Part shown: positions 38,626 to 48,552 of the stretch, in pieces | How positions within the stretch are numbered: position 1 is the stretch's first letter | Layout: every line of letters begins with the position of its first letter | NCBI GenBank assembly: GCA_965207065.1 | Contig: OZ242260.1 | Coordinates: 1,728,001-1,792,000 of the forward strand | Direction of reading: 5' to 3' | DNA: 64,000 bases | Source of the DNA: a bacterium | GTDB lineage: Bacteria > UBA8248 | Translations under genes and position numbers: made by a program | The notes under the pieces: model-generated | Databases searched by the model: none | Told to the model about the DNA's origin: nothing | Seen by the model: only the letters and a program-made list of their open reading frames with translations

Positions 38626-38853
38626 CCCCCCTGACAAGGGGGGGTAGGGGGGGTTGCTTTTTAAGCCTGCAGAGGGAGCGCGCTGAATTTCACTCCCCCC
38701 TTGAGGGGGAGTCGATGAAGCCGAGCGGTTTGTGCGAAGGCTGAATCGGTGGGGGGTGAATCGCGTTTTATCGCCACTCCGGGTTATACCCCCCACCGAA
38801 TCGCTTTCGGGCTTACGCCCTCAGCTCTTCGACTCCCCCTCAAGGGGGGAGTG
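38626..38853. repeat. Family E palindrome (CCCCCCTGACAAGGGGGG) followed by a family A core
   Basis: Family E also at ~41155-41295 and ~43050-43080; A core at 38691-38853. Confidence 0.7.
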
Positions 38854-39094
38854 GTTGGTTGGCGTTCTGCAAGGGGATTGCGTAATCTTCTCCCTCCCCG
38901 GTCGGCTCCATAGCCAAATCACGAAATCAGGAATCTCTCAAAATCCCTTTATTAAAACTTACCCCATAACCCTTAATAACGAATTCCCTTATGAAGCGTT
39001 CGCGCAATATAACTGCAAAACGCACACTCTTATGAAGTTTTTGCTGTTAAGTCTTAATAGCGCTGTTTCTTATGAAACTTCGAGCCATACGCCC

Positions 39095-39973
39095 CTAGTA
39101 CCGATCCGGCACGAACGTCTGCTCGCTCAGGGGAGGGCGCACGTAGGCCTTGGAATCACGCCTGGGGGGGAGTTCGATGGGCGAGGGCGTCAGGTCCTTG
39201 TAGGGGATGAGGGAGAGCAGGTGGCTGATGCAGTTGAGCCGCGCGCGGCGCTTCGAGTCCGCGTCCACCACGTACCAGGGCGCCTGCTTGATGTCGGTGT
39301 AGGCGAACATCTCGTCCTTCGCCCTGGAATACTCCACCCAGCGGGTGCGCGATTCGAGGTCCATCGGCGAGAGCTTCCAGCGCCGCGTGCGGTCTTGCAG
39401 GCGCGCCTGAAAGCGGCGTTCCTGTTCCTCGTCGCTCACCGAGAACCAGTATTTGATGAGGACGATCCCCGAGCGCACGAGCATCCGCTCGAACGTGGGG
39501 CATGAGTAGAGAAACTCGCGGTATTCCTCCTCGGTGCAGAACCCCATCACCCGCTCCACGCCCGCGCGGTTGTACCAGGAGCGGTCCAGGAGCACCATCT
39601 CGCCCGCGGCGGGAAGGTGGGCCGCGTAGCGCTGGAAGTACCACTGCGTCTGCTCGCGCTCGGTGGGCGCGGCGAGCGCCACGACACGGCACACCCTCGG
39701 GTTGAGTCTCAGCGTGATGCGCTTGATGACGCCGCCCTTGCCGGCCGCGTCCCGCCCCTCGAATATGACGATCACTTTCAGGCCCTGGTCCTTTATCCAC
39801 TCCTGGAGCTTTACGAGCTCTTCCTGGAGCCTCAAGAGTTCGGCCTCATACATCTTTTTGGGCAGCTTCTGGCGCGGGGCTTTCTCGGCGTCTCCCGCCC
39901 GGGTGTAGGCGAGGGCGCTCTCGTCTTGTGATTGATCGGTTTGGGGTGTCGTCTCTTCGCTCATCTCGGTCAT
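39095..39973 (-). CDS. ppk2: Polyphosphate kinase 2
   Basis: FEGRDAAGKGG.IKRI, LNPR, QWYFQRY, DRSWYNRAGVERVMGF, WKLSPMD; start 39973 or 39964. Confidence 0.96.
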   Translation of the reverse strand: MTEMSEETTPQTDQSQDESALAYTRAGDAEKAPRQKLPKKMYEAELLRLQEELVKLQEWIKDQGLKVIVIFEGRDAAGKGGVIKRITLRLNPRVCRVVALAAPTEREQTQWYFQRYAAHLPAAGEMVLLDRSWYNRAGVERVMGFCTEEEYREFLYSCPTFERMLVRSGIVLIKYWFSVSDEEQERRFQARLQDRTRRWKLSPMDLESRTRWVEYSRAKDEMFAYTDIKQAPWYVVDADSKRRARLNCISHLLSLIPYKDLTPSPIELPPRRDSKAYVRPPLSEQTFVPDRY

Positions 39974-40818
39974 TCCTTCGCGCTGAGGTCGAAGCCGAAC
40001 CACTTAAGGGAGAGTCTGGACAGCGTCCCCTCCTCGATGGCGGCGGTGATGGCCTTGGAGAACATATCCGCGAGCGCGCGGTCTTCTTTTCTGATGCCGA
40101 CCCCGATTCCCTCGCCCAGGGAACCGCCCGTGAAGCCGGGGCCGACGACTTTCAGCTTTTCCTTCGCTTTGTCGAGCACGGGCTTCAGGTAGGAGGTTTG
40201 GGCGAAGAGCGCGTCCACGCGGCCGGCGAGCAGGGCGGCGTCGACGTCGCCCTGGTACTTGAAGGTGCGTATCCCGGCCCGGTCGGCCATGTGGATTCTC
40301 AGGAAATTCACGAATACGGTGCCGGCCTGCGCGCCGATCTTCTTGCCGGCGAAGGCTCTCCGGAGCGTCTCGATGGCGGCCTTCTCCCCGGCGTCCAGGC
40401 TTCCCAGCGTGACCGAGGCGGCTTTGGTCGATACGCCCGCGAGGGGGCCGCCCGCCCGCACGACGAAGACGTGGGGAGACGCGGCGAACGGACGCGAGTA
40501 GGTGATGAGCTTCTTTCGCTTCCCGGTGATCGCCATGCCCGACATGATGGCGTCGAACTCCCCCGCCCGGAGCGCGGGTATGATGCCCTCCCAGGCGCGC
40601 GGTATCATCCTGCACGTCACCTTCATGCGCCGGCACAGGTCGGCCGCGAGGTCGATCTCGAAGCCGACGAGTTTTCCCGACGCGTCCGTGTCGTTCCAGG
40701 GGGGGTATGCGCCCTCGGTGGCGATCCGCACCTTGGCCCCCTCTTTCCAGTCCGCAGCCCCCGCCGGAGCAAAAAAAGCGATCGCGGCGACGGCCATAAT
40801 CGCCGGAAACATCCTCAT
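39970..40818 (-). CDS. Polar amino-acid ABC transporter substrate-binding protein (SBP family 3)
   Basis: Signal peptide, IATEGAYPPWN, GFEIDLA, W.GIIPAL..G.FDAIMSGM.IT..R, LSLKWFG; no cognate permease adjacent. Confidence 0.92.
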   Translation of the reverse strand: MRMFPAIMAVAAIAFFAPAGAADWKEGAKVRIATEGAYPPWNDTDASGKLVGFEIDLAADLCRRMKVTCRMIPRAWEGIIPALRAGEFDAIMSGMAITGKRKKLITYSRPFAASPHVFVVRAGGPLAGVSTKAASVTLGSLDAGEKAAIETLRRAFAGKKIGAQAGTVFVNFLRIHMADRAGIRTFKYQGDVDAALLAGRVDALFAQTSYLKPVLDKAKEKLKVVGPGFTGGSLGEGIGVGIRKEDRALADMFSKAITAAIEEGTLSRLSLKWFGFDLSAKE

Positions 40819-41506
40819 GCGCGCCTCCTGTTTCGTTTCGCCGATGGTTTCGATTATGAGCGTCTGACGCCCTGGCGTGCAAGCAATAAAGGGATGTTGA
40901 AAAAGCCCTGCAGCGCCGGGATGACGGCTAAGGGATACCGCCTTGCCGGATTGTGTGTAGGGGCCGCATATATGCGGCCCATGGTCGGCAGGTGTAAAAG
41001 GCAGGGTCGCATATATGCAACCCCTACAAAAACATGACATTCGCCTGACCCGTCAATCCCATGAAGAATTGCAAAGGTAGGGAACCATTCCTCCCGGAAG
41101 GGTCAATTCCGAGCGAGAAGGACTTGCTCAACAACCCTCCCTCTTCGGAAGCAACCCCCCCTACCCCCCCTTGTCAGGGTCAAAACCGACCGAAGAGGGA
41201 GGTTTTGCGAGCCGATGCGTTTCCCGCCAATGGCTTATGCAAACGCTCGTTCCTCACTCGCGTTTGACCCCTGACAAGGGGGGGTAGGGGGGGTTGGTTT
41301 TGTAGCTGTCCCGCAGGTCGCGACCTGTCCCTGCGGCGGCGTCTTTCAATATTTTTTCCATTCAGATTCCCCCCGCAAAAAACGAGACATTGCCCACCGG
41401 AATATTGCTTGGTACTATTTTCGTTATGGGATGGCGTCCGCCGCCCGCGCCAATGGGACTCCATCATGCCGCCTGCATCGTAGTACGGGAAAGGGGGGTA
41501 GATGCG

Positions 41507-42868
41507 ATGGATTGGCTGAATTCCATGATTAGTTCCGTGAACGCCTTCGCCTGGGGGCCGCCGATGCTCGGTATGCTGGGGGTGACGGGCGTGCTGCTCA
41601 CGCTGGGGATGGTCTTCATGCCCTGGCGCAAGGTGGGGTACGGCTTCAAGCTCTTGTACGACACCGACGGGGAGGTCGGCGAGGGTGAGGTCAAGCCCTT
41701 CAACGCGCTGATGACGGCGCTATCGGCCACCGTCGGCACCGGGAACATCGCCGGCGTCGCCACCGCCATCGCCCTGGGCGGACCGGGGGCCATCTTCTAC
41801 ATGTGGCTCATCGCGCTCTTCGGCATGGCGACGAAATACGCCGAAGCCGTCTGCGCGGTCACCTACCGCGAGGTGGACGCGGCGGGCAAGTACGTGGGCG
41901 GTCCCATGTATTATCTCAGGAACGGCGTGGGCGAATTCGCGCCCGAACTCGCCAAGTGGCTGGGGCTCGCGTTCGCCGTGTTCGGCGCGGTGGCGGCTTT
42001 CGGCATCGGGAACGCCGTGCAGGTGAACTCGATGGCGACCGCGCTGCAGGGCAGCTTCCTGATCCCCACCTGGATTACGGGGGTCGTCGTGGCCGCGCTG
42101 GTGGGCTTCGTCATCCTGGGCGGCATCCAGCGGATCGGCGAGGTGGCGGGCAAGCTCGTGCCGGCCATGATCGCGCTCTACGTGGGCGCCGCGCTCATCA
42201 TCATCCTCATCAACATCGCCGCAGTGCCGGCGGCCATCGCCTTGATCTTCAAGCACGCCTTCACCCCGGCGGCGGCGGCGGGCGGTTTCGCGGGTGCGGC
42301 GGTGGCGGCGGCGGTTCGCTTCGGCGTCGCGCGCGGCGTGTTCTCGAACGAATCGGGTCTGGGCTCGGCGGCCATCGCGCACGCGGCGGCGCAGACGAAC
42401 AGCCCGGTGCGCCAGGGCGTCATCGCCATGCTCGGCACCTTCATCGACACCATCGTGGTCTGCACGATGACGGCGCTGGTCATCCTGACGTCGGGCGCAT
42501 GGGTGCTCAAGGATGCGGCCGGTAAGGGCTTGACGGGCGTCCTGCTCACCTCGGCGGGCTTCCAGAGCACCATCGCGGGCGGGAACTACATCGTCACCTT
42601 AGCGCTGGCCGTATTCGCCTTCACCACCATCCTGGGCTGGTCGTACTACGGCGAGCGGTGCTGGCAGTATCTCTTCAGCGAGAACAGCCTCATGGTCTAC
42701 CGCGGCCTTTGGGTGCTGGCGGCGCTCGGCTTCGCGAACGTCAAGGTGGACTTCGTCTGGAATCTCTCGGACACGCTGAACGGGCTGATGGCGGTGCCCA
42801 ACCTCATCGGCCTGCTCCTACTCGCGCCGATGGTCTTCAAGGTCACGCGCGAGTATTTCGACGCCTAG
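41507..42868 (+). CDS. Sodium:alanine/glycine symporter (AGCS/AlsT family)
   Basis: ALSATVGTGNIAGVA, GGPGAIFYMW, GGPMYYL, RGVFSNESGLGS, FTTILGWSYYGE, NGLMAVPNLI. Confidence 0.95.
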   Translation: MDWLNSMISSVNAFAWGPPMLGMLGVTGVLLTLGMVFMPWRKVGYGFKLLYDTDGEVGEGEVKPFNALMTALSATVGTGNIAGVATAIALGGPGAIFYMWLIALFGMATKYAEAVCAVTYREVDAAGKYVGGPMYYLRNGVGEFAPELAKWLGLAFAVFGAVAAFGIGNAVQVNSMATALQGSFLIPTWITGVVVAALVGFVILGGIQRIGEVAGKLVPAMIALYVGAALIIILINIAAVPAAIALIFKHAFTPAAAAGGFAGAAVAAAVRFGVARGVFSNESGLGSAAIAHAAAQTNSPVRQGVIAMLGTFIDTIVVCTMTALVILTSGAWVLKDAAGKGLTGVLLTSAGFQSTIAGGNYIVTLALAVFAFTTILGWSYYGERCWQYLFSENSLMVYRGLWVLAALGFANVKVDFVWNLSDTLNGLMAVPNLIGLLLLAPMVFKVTREYFDA

Positions 42869-43332
42869 CAGTTTCACCAACCAGGGGCCGTCCTCGCGGG
42901 TTCGATACCGCCCGCCAGGGCGGCCCTTCCTGTAGGGGTTGCGCTCTGTAGCAGGGGCTGTTGAAAAAGCCTTAGCCAAGGGAATTTTTTTCTTGCCCCC
43001 TGTCAAGGGGGCGTTTCTTTCACCCCCTTATCGGGGGGGCTCCGCCTTTACCCCCCTGACAAGGGGGGGTAGGGGGGGTTGCTTTTCCAGTCGAGAGGAG
43101 CGTCCCTGCTACCCCCTGAAAAGGAACCCGCATTCGTTACATTCTGGATTCCGGCATGCGCCGGAATGACGAACCAAAGACACGTTGAAACATCCGGCTT
43201 GAGGGGTTCAGACGCCCTGCATTTGCTTTCCTGCGCGTCCGGCAAATAGTATTATATAGCCAGACTCGTATCTCACATCCGTAAGATATTCAAATAGGCG
43301 TGAACGAGAGGCGAGTATCACACGAGGGGAGT

Positions 43333-44340
43333 ATGGCCATGAAAATCGCAAAATCAGGTTTCGCTGTTTCCCTGCTCGTCTTTGCGCTGTTTCAGGCGGC
43401 GGGGCCGGCCATCGCCGAAGAATCCGGCGGATTCATGAAAAAGGGCGCCTACGTATTCGCGAAGCAGACCGGCATGTGCGGTTTTCAGTCGCTCGGCGGC
43501 GCTGGTCAATGCCCCGTATGGCGGTCCAAGGCGCCGAAGGGGAAGCCCGCGCCGGATAGTACCCTCGTCGCCGAGATGCCTCGCCCAAAAGGACTGGGCA
43601 AGCGCGGACGCAAAAGATGGCGCCGCTACCTCAAAGCCAAGAAACACAAGGCTTTCGCCCGTGGGTCGGGCAAGCGGTACGGATGGTCCTCCGGCCGGTC
43701 CTCCGTCGAGAAGGCGAAAAGGGCCGCAATGCGAAAGTGCGAGAAAAAGGGCGACACGTGCCGGATTATCTCGGTCGACGGGAAGCCTTTTGCCCCGGCC
43801 CCGGTAGCCAAACAAGTCCCGGCCCCGGCAGCCAAACCGGCCCCGGCTCCGGTTGCCAGACAAGCCCCGGCCCCGGTTGCCGGGTTGAAGGTCTCCTTCG
43901 CCGATTCGGCCTGGAACGGCGACACAATTCCCGATGGCCAGCAGTGCACGAAATTCTATGGAGAGGGGGGGACGCCGTCCTTGCGGGTCGAGAACATCCC
44001 CGCCGGGGCGAACGCGATCATCGTGGAGTTCAACGATCGGGACTACCCGCCTCTCTCTGAAGACGGCGGACACGGCAAGATCGGCTTCTGGGTCACGGAG
44101 GGTTCGAACAGCGCAGTCCTACCCCCGGTTCCGGGCGAAACGGATTCCCTGCCGAAGGGCAGTTTCGTGGAAGAGCCCAATCAGGCGACCGGCAGCTATG
44201 CGACGGACGGCTATCTCCCGCCGTGCTCGGGCGGCAACGATCACGCGTACTTCGCCGTGGTGAAGGCGGTGCGGAAGATGAAGGGAGAAGGAAAGCCCAA
44301 AGTGCTCGCCACGACGAAAATCGAACTGGGTTCCTATTGA
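43333..44340 (+). CDS. Secreted two-domain protein: basic DUF4189-like domain, Pro/Ala linker, PEBP/YbhB-like domain
   Basis: Signal peptide; KAFA...YGWS...A...A...C....C.I pattern; PAPVAKQ-type repeats; TPSL.V.NIP.GA..I...D.D...H...YLPPC..G..H.Y. Confidence 0.6.
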   Translation: MAMKIAKSGFAVSLLVFALFQAAGPAIAEESGGFMKKGAYVFAKQTGMCGFQSLGGAGQCPVWRSKAPKGKPAPDSTLVAEMPRPKGLGKRGRKRWRRYLKAKKHKAFARGSGKRYGWSSGRSSVEKAKRAAMRKCEKKGDTCRIISVDGKPFAPAPVAKQVPAPAAKPAPAPVARQAPAPVAGLKVSFADSAWNGDTIPDGQQCTKFYGEGGTPSLRVENIPAGANAIIVEFNDRDYPPLSEDGGHGKIGFWVTEGSNSAVLPPVPGETDSLPKGSFVEEPNQATGSYATDGYLPPCSGGNDHAYFAVVKAVRKMKGEGKPKVLATTKIELGSY

Positions 44341-44467
44341 CCACAGGGCCGAGCATGACTGAGCGCTAGCGGCGAAGTAGTAAAGGGATGGGTGCTTAGA
44401 ATACTTGGCGCAGAGAATGGCGCCTTGCGGAACAGGCCCGCGTCTCAAGCCAGGGACTGCTACTCCC

Positions 44468-45145
44468 TCACAGCCTTCCCGCCGCCTCTTTCACCGCCGC
44501 TTCCCGCTCGTTCTGGCGCGCGGCGGCGCCTTCCTGCACGGCGGCGACCATCGCCGGGTCCGCCCGTTCGGGCGAGCCGGAATCGAACGGCGGCTGCGGG
44601 TCGTACTCCATGCCGAGCTGGATCTTCCGCGCGGCTTCAGCTCCGAGCACCTCGCCCGCCACCGTCAGGGCGAAATCGATGCCCGCCGTCACCCCGCCGC
44701 CGGTGATCACGTTCCCGTCCACGACCACGCGCTCGGCCACGGGCTCGCAGCCGAAGGCGGCCAGCATCGCGTGCGACATCCAGTGCGAGGTCGCGCGTTT
44801 TCCTTTCAGAAGCCCCGCCGCGCCCAGCACGAGCGACCCTGTGCAAACGGAAGTGACGTAGCGCGCCCCCGCCGCCTGCCTGCGCACGAAGTCGAGCGTC
44901 TCCTCATCGTTCAAGAGCGCGTTCATGCCCGCCCCGCCCGGTACGCAGATGAGGTCGAGCTGCGGACAATCTTCGAACGTCATGCCCGGCAGGAGCTCCA
45001 TGCCGCCGCCGGCCTTGACCGGGTCGAGCGTCTTCCAGACGAGGTGCACGTCCGAGTCGGGGAACTTGGTGAAGACCTCGTAGGGTCCGGTCATGTCGAG
45101 CTGGGTGAGGTTCGGGAAGAGAAGAAGGCCGATCTGGAATCGCAT
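44468..45145 (-). CDS. DJ-1/PfpI family protein (isonitrile-hydratase-like)
   Basis: LTQLDMTGPYEVF, VPGG.G, SVCTGSL.LGAAGLL.G, GGVTAGIDF, EYDPQPPF. Confidence 0.92.
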   Translation of the reverse strand: MRFQIGLLLFPNLTQLDMTGPYEVFTKFPDSDVHLVWKTLDPVKAGGGMELLPGMTFEDCPQLDLICVPGGAGMNALLNDEETLDFVRRQAAGARYVTSVCTGSLVLGAAGLLKGKRATSHWMSHAMLAAFGCEPVAERVVVDGNVITGGGVTAGIDFALTVAGEVLGAEAARKIQLGMEYDPQPPFDSGSPERADPAMVAAVQEGAAARQNEREAAVKEAAGRL

Positions 45146-45291
45146 GGCGCCTCGATGCCTCCGCTGTTTGGGTGTGGAGTCAGGGTATGGGCGGCTGGTT
45201 GAAGTGTCAAGGTGAACCCTCTCCGCCATATCCGCTCCCATGCTATACTGCGCCTCGTATCGAAACCCCTGCTCCTTCATGAAGGCCGCCA

Positions 45292-46518
45292 TTGGAATAT
45301 CTCTCCTTCGCGTGGAATAACCGCCGTTTCCTGTCATTCGGGCTTCTGCTCACGTTTTTTTCGTTCTTCGGGCAATCCTATTTCATCGCCGTGTTCAACA
45401 CCGATATCCGCGCCGCCTTCGCACTCTCCCACGGAGAGTTCGGCCTCGCCTACGCCGTCGCCACCGTCTCGAGCGCCATGTGCCTGATATGGATTGGCCG
45501 GATGATCGACAGGACGAGGCTCAAGGTTTTCGCCCTGTGCGTCTGCGGGGGGTTGATCGCCTCCTGCGTCCTGATGGCGGCGGCGCCCGTTTTTCCGGCG
45601 CTTCTCTTCGCCCTGTTCGCACTGCGTCTCACGGGGCAGGGGTTGATGGTCCACACCTCGGTGACGAGCATCGGCCGGCATTTCACGGCGGAGCGCGGGC
45701 GCGCCGTCAGCATCATCTCGATGGGCGGACCCTCCGGCCAGGCGGTGATGGCGCTCGTGGCCGTGGCGCTCACCGCGTGGCTCTCCTGGCGGCAGGTCTG
45801 GCTGGTGATGGCGGCCTTCTCCGCCCTGGTGCTGATTCCCGCCGTCGCCTGGCTGCTTTCGGATCATCAAGACGAGCATCTGGCTCGTGCGGCGCGCACG
45901 GGGGAGGCGGCTTCCGCCGCGAGACCCAAAGGGGTGTGGGGAAGGAGGGAAGTGCTCAAGGACCTGCGGTTTTATCTCATCATGCCCGTCTCTCTCGCGC
46001 CCTCGTTCATCGGCACCGGCTTTTTCTTTCACATGGGGCATCTGGTGGAGGCCAAGGGGTGGAGCCTCGCCTTTTTCACGGGCGCGTACACGCTCTACAC
46101 GCTTTTCTCCGTCACGTTGACGCTGTTCACCGGCCCCCTCGTCGACCGCGTCGGCGCGGTCCGGATTCTCCCCTGGCATCTCGCGCCCATGTGCGTCGCG
46201 CTTCTGGCGCTGGCGAGTTCCGACCACTGGGTCGTGGCCCTCATCTACATGGTCATGACGGGCGTCACCGTCGGCGTGCGCATCACCATCGGCGGGGCCA
46301 TCTGGGCGGAAATCTACGGCGTGGAGAACCTGGGGGCCATCCGCTCGCTCGCCACCTCGTTCATGGTGGTGTCGACCGCGCTCTCGCCCGTCGTCATGGG
46401 CTGGCTGATCGACTCCGGCGTGAGTATGGACAGCATCGCGCTCATGTGCCTGGTCTACGCGGCGGGGGCGTCGGTCCTGAGCGGCGCGTCCCTCGGGATG
46501 CGGGTCAATCCCGAATGA
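45292..46518 (+). CDS. MFS transporter
   Basis: About 12 hydrophobic segments; GRMIDR and GPLVDRVG motif-A loops; FGQSYFI. Confidence 0.9.
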   Translation: MEYLSFAWNNRRFLSFGLLLTFFSFFGQSYFIAVFNTDIRAAFALSHGEFGLAYAVATVSSAMCLIWIGRMIDRTRLKVFALCVCGGLIASCVLMAAAPVFPALLFALFALRLTGQGLMVHTSVTSIGRHFTAERGRAVSIISMGGPSGQAVMALVAVALTAWLSWRQVWLVMAAFSALVLIPAVAWLLSDHQDEHLARAARTGEAASAARPKGVWGRREVLKDLRFYLIMPVSLAPSFIGTGFFFHMGHLVEAKGWSLAFFTGAYTLYTLFSVTLTLFTGPLVDRVGAVRILPWHLAPMCVALLALASSDHWVVALIYMVMTGVTVGVRITIGGAIWAEIYGVENLGAIRSLATSFMVVSTALSPVVMGWLIDSGVSMDSIALMCLVYAAGASVLSGASLGMRVNPE

Positions 46519-46588
46519 ACAAGAAGGAATTGCGCCTTTTTGGGGAAGATTTTTCTTGTAGGGACAGGTCGCGACCTGTCCCTACGGG

Positions 46589-46951
46589 CTAACCGGTTCG
46601 CTCGATGAGTTCGCGCAGGGCCATGCGGCTTTCGGCCTGTCCGTCGATGAGCGCGCGTAAAGAGTCGCGGCTTTCGGCATGGGTCGTCATTCTCTCCTCA
46701 TGCCTGCGCCTGGAATTTGTGGACTCTTCATCATGCTTGCGCATCCACTCGTCGTGCCTGCGGTTCGCTTCTTCGTCCCTGCGCCGGGACTCCGCCATCC
46801 TTTCATTGTGCTTGCGCTCGGAGTCCGCCGCCCGTATTTCCGCGCCGCGCGCCATCACGCGGATGCCGTAGTAGAGCAGCCCGAGGCCGCCGAAGGAAGC
46901 GATGAGGTTGAGATAGGCGGCGAGGAGACTCCAACTTTCAAAGGTCGTCAT
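46589..46951 (-). CDS. Hypothetical membrane-anchored coiled-coil protein
   Basis: AAGGAG RBS; one TM then repeated RRHDE/RKHDE/RRHEE units. Confidence 0.7.
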   Translation of the reverse strand: MTTFESWSLLAAYLNLIASFGGLGLLYYGIRVMARGAEIRAADSERKHNERMAESRRRDEEANRRHDEWMRKHDEESTNSRRRHEERMTTHAESRDSLRALIDGQAESRMALRELIERTG

Positions 46952-47130
46952 GTGCTTTCTCCTTTGAGTTGGGTCCCCTGGCGGCTGTGGTTGATTTCAT
47001 TATATCCGATCGCCCACCCTCCGCAATCAACCGGGAGAGGACGGGCGCACAAATCCGCACTTGCAATCATGTGCTCTTTATCTGTAGTCGCGACCTGTGG
47101 GGCAACCCCGAGGAGGGGAGGCTAGCGCCC

Positions 47131-47439
47131 TCACCGCCCCCGGCGTTTTGCGGGCGCGAAGCGTCGCCGCCAGCTCGCCGTCTGGGAGCGCGTGATGCGG
47201 TAGAGCATGTAGCCCCCCGCCGTCACCGAGACGAGGATGAGCGCGAAGCCAATCGTCATCGCCCGCTGGAACGGCGTGGCGCGCCTGGTTTTATCCTGAG
47301 CGGAGCTTGCCGCTTTTTCACCAATTGCGGGAGGTTTCTCCGGCGGCGCGACCTCGGGCAGCCAGACGAAGGGAATCGCCACCATCCCCGCCACGAAGAC
47401 GATGGGCAGAATCAGGCGCGTGAAGTAAAGACGGAACAA
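47131..47439 (-). CDS. Hypothetical two-TM membrane protein
   Basis: GGAGG RBS before TTG; two hydrophobic helices. Confidence 0.5.
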   Translation of the reverse strand: MFRLYFTRLILPIVFVAGMVAIPFVWLPEVAPPEKPPAIGEKAASSAQDKTRRATPFQRAMTIGFALILVSVTAGGYMLYRITRSQTASWRRRFAPAKRRGR

Positions 47440-47736
47440 GTGTGATAAACCTCCATACAGTCTCGAACAAAAAGGTCCGCATCCGGCGCGGGATTTGTCC
47501 GGCGGCGAGTCATTGACCACTCGCTTCGGACTATAAAGTGCGCGGACGCCGGAATCCACCCCGGAGCCGCAGCAGGCCTGAGGCATAACTCGTTTTTGGC
47601 TTTCGGGGGCGGGCGGTTTTCGTTTCGCCCAAAATGTGGTGATATTTGCTTTTCGCCTGTGGTGCGCAGCGCGTGTATTTTTTTTGAGCGTTTTCGCTTG
47701 GTATTTTTATGTTTTTTGCAAGGGAGGCGGCAACGG

Positions 47737-48492
47737 ATGAAACGGCCCAGAATCGGAATCACCTGTGACGTTGGCAAGCGGAATTACCCCGAAGAACCCA
47801 AGGTGCGCCCGCGCCACGTGCTCATGGACGCTTATGTGGAGTGCGTTATCAAGGCGGGCGGCGCGCCCCTGCTGCTCCCCGCGGTGGAGGATGAGCAGGC
47901 GAGCGTCTCCTTGCTCACCGGCATCCACGGGCTGATCATCTCGGGCGGCGGGCACGACATCGACCCCATGCTCTACGGCGAGGAGCGCATTCCCGAATGC
48001 AGCCCCACGAACCCCAAGCGCGAGACGGCGGAGATGGCGGCCTGCCGGGGAGCCATGTCGCGCGACATGCCCGTGCTCGGCATCTGCGGCGGCATGCAGG
48101 TCATCAACATCGCGGCGGGCGGCACGCTCTATCAGGACATCCCCTCCCAGGTGCCGGACGCGCTCACGCACCGGCCCGATAACACGGACGAGAACACCTA
48201 CACGTTCCACGAGATAGAGATCGGCGATTCCATCCTGGGCGAGGTGCTGGGTGCTTCGTCGGTGGTGAACAGCCACCATCACCAGAGCGCGCGCGAGGTG
48301 GGGCCGGGCGTGCGCGTTTCGGCCAAAACCGGGGACGGCATCATCGAGGCCATCGAGTCCCCCTCGCACCAGTTCGTCGTGGGCGTGCAGTGGCACCCCG
48401 AATCCATGTCGGCCTACGGCTACGCCGACATGGACGGAGCGGCGCAGCTCTTCTCCCGCTTCGTGGACGAGGCCCGCATCTACGGGGACTAG
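47737..48492 (+). CDS. Gamma-glutamyl-GABA hydrolase family (peptidase C26, PuuD-like)
   Basis: P.IGIT, SGGG.DIDP..YGE, LGICGGMQ, VNSHHHQ, GVQWHPE. Confidence 0.93.
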   Translation: MKRPRIGITCDVGKRNYPEEPKVRPRHVLMDAYVECVIKAGGAPLLLPAVEDEQASVSLLTGIHGLIISGGGHDIDPMLYGEERIPECSPTNPKRETAEMAACRGAMSRDMPVLGICGGMQVINIAAGGTLYQDIPSQVPDALTHRPDNTDENTYTFHEIEIGDSILGEVLGASSVVNSHHHQSAREVGPGVRVSAKTGDGIIEAIESPSHQFVVGVQWHPESMSAYGYADMDGAAQLFSRFVDEARIYGD

Positions 48493-48552
48493 GAAGCGCG
48501 GGGCGGGGGCGATTACTTTCTTGAACATCACAAACCCTGAGGAACCATCCTG

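Noticed and set aside
41300-41506. Glycine riboswitch upstream of the Ala/Gly symporter
   Set aside because: No GGAGA...CCGAAG...CTCTCAGG aptamer pattern seen.
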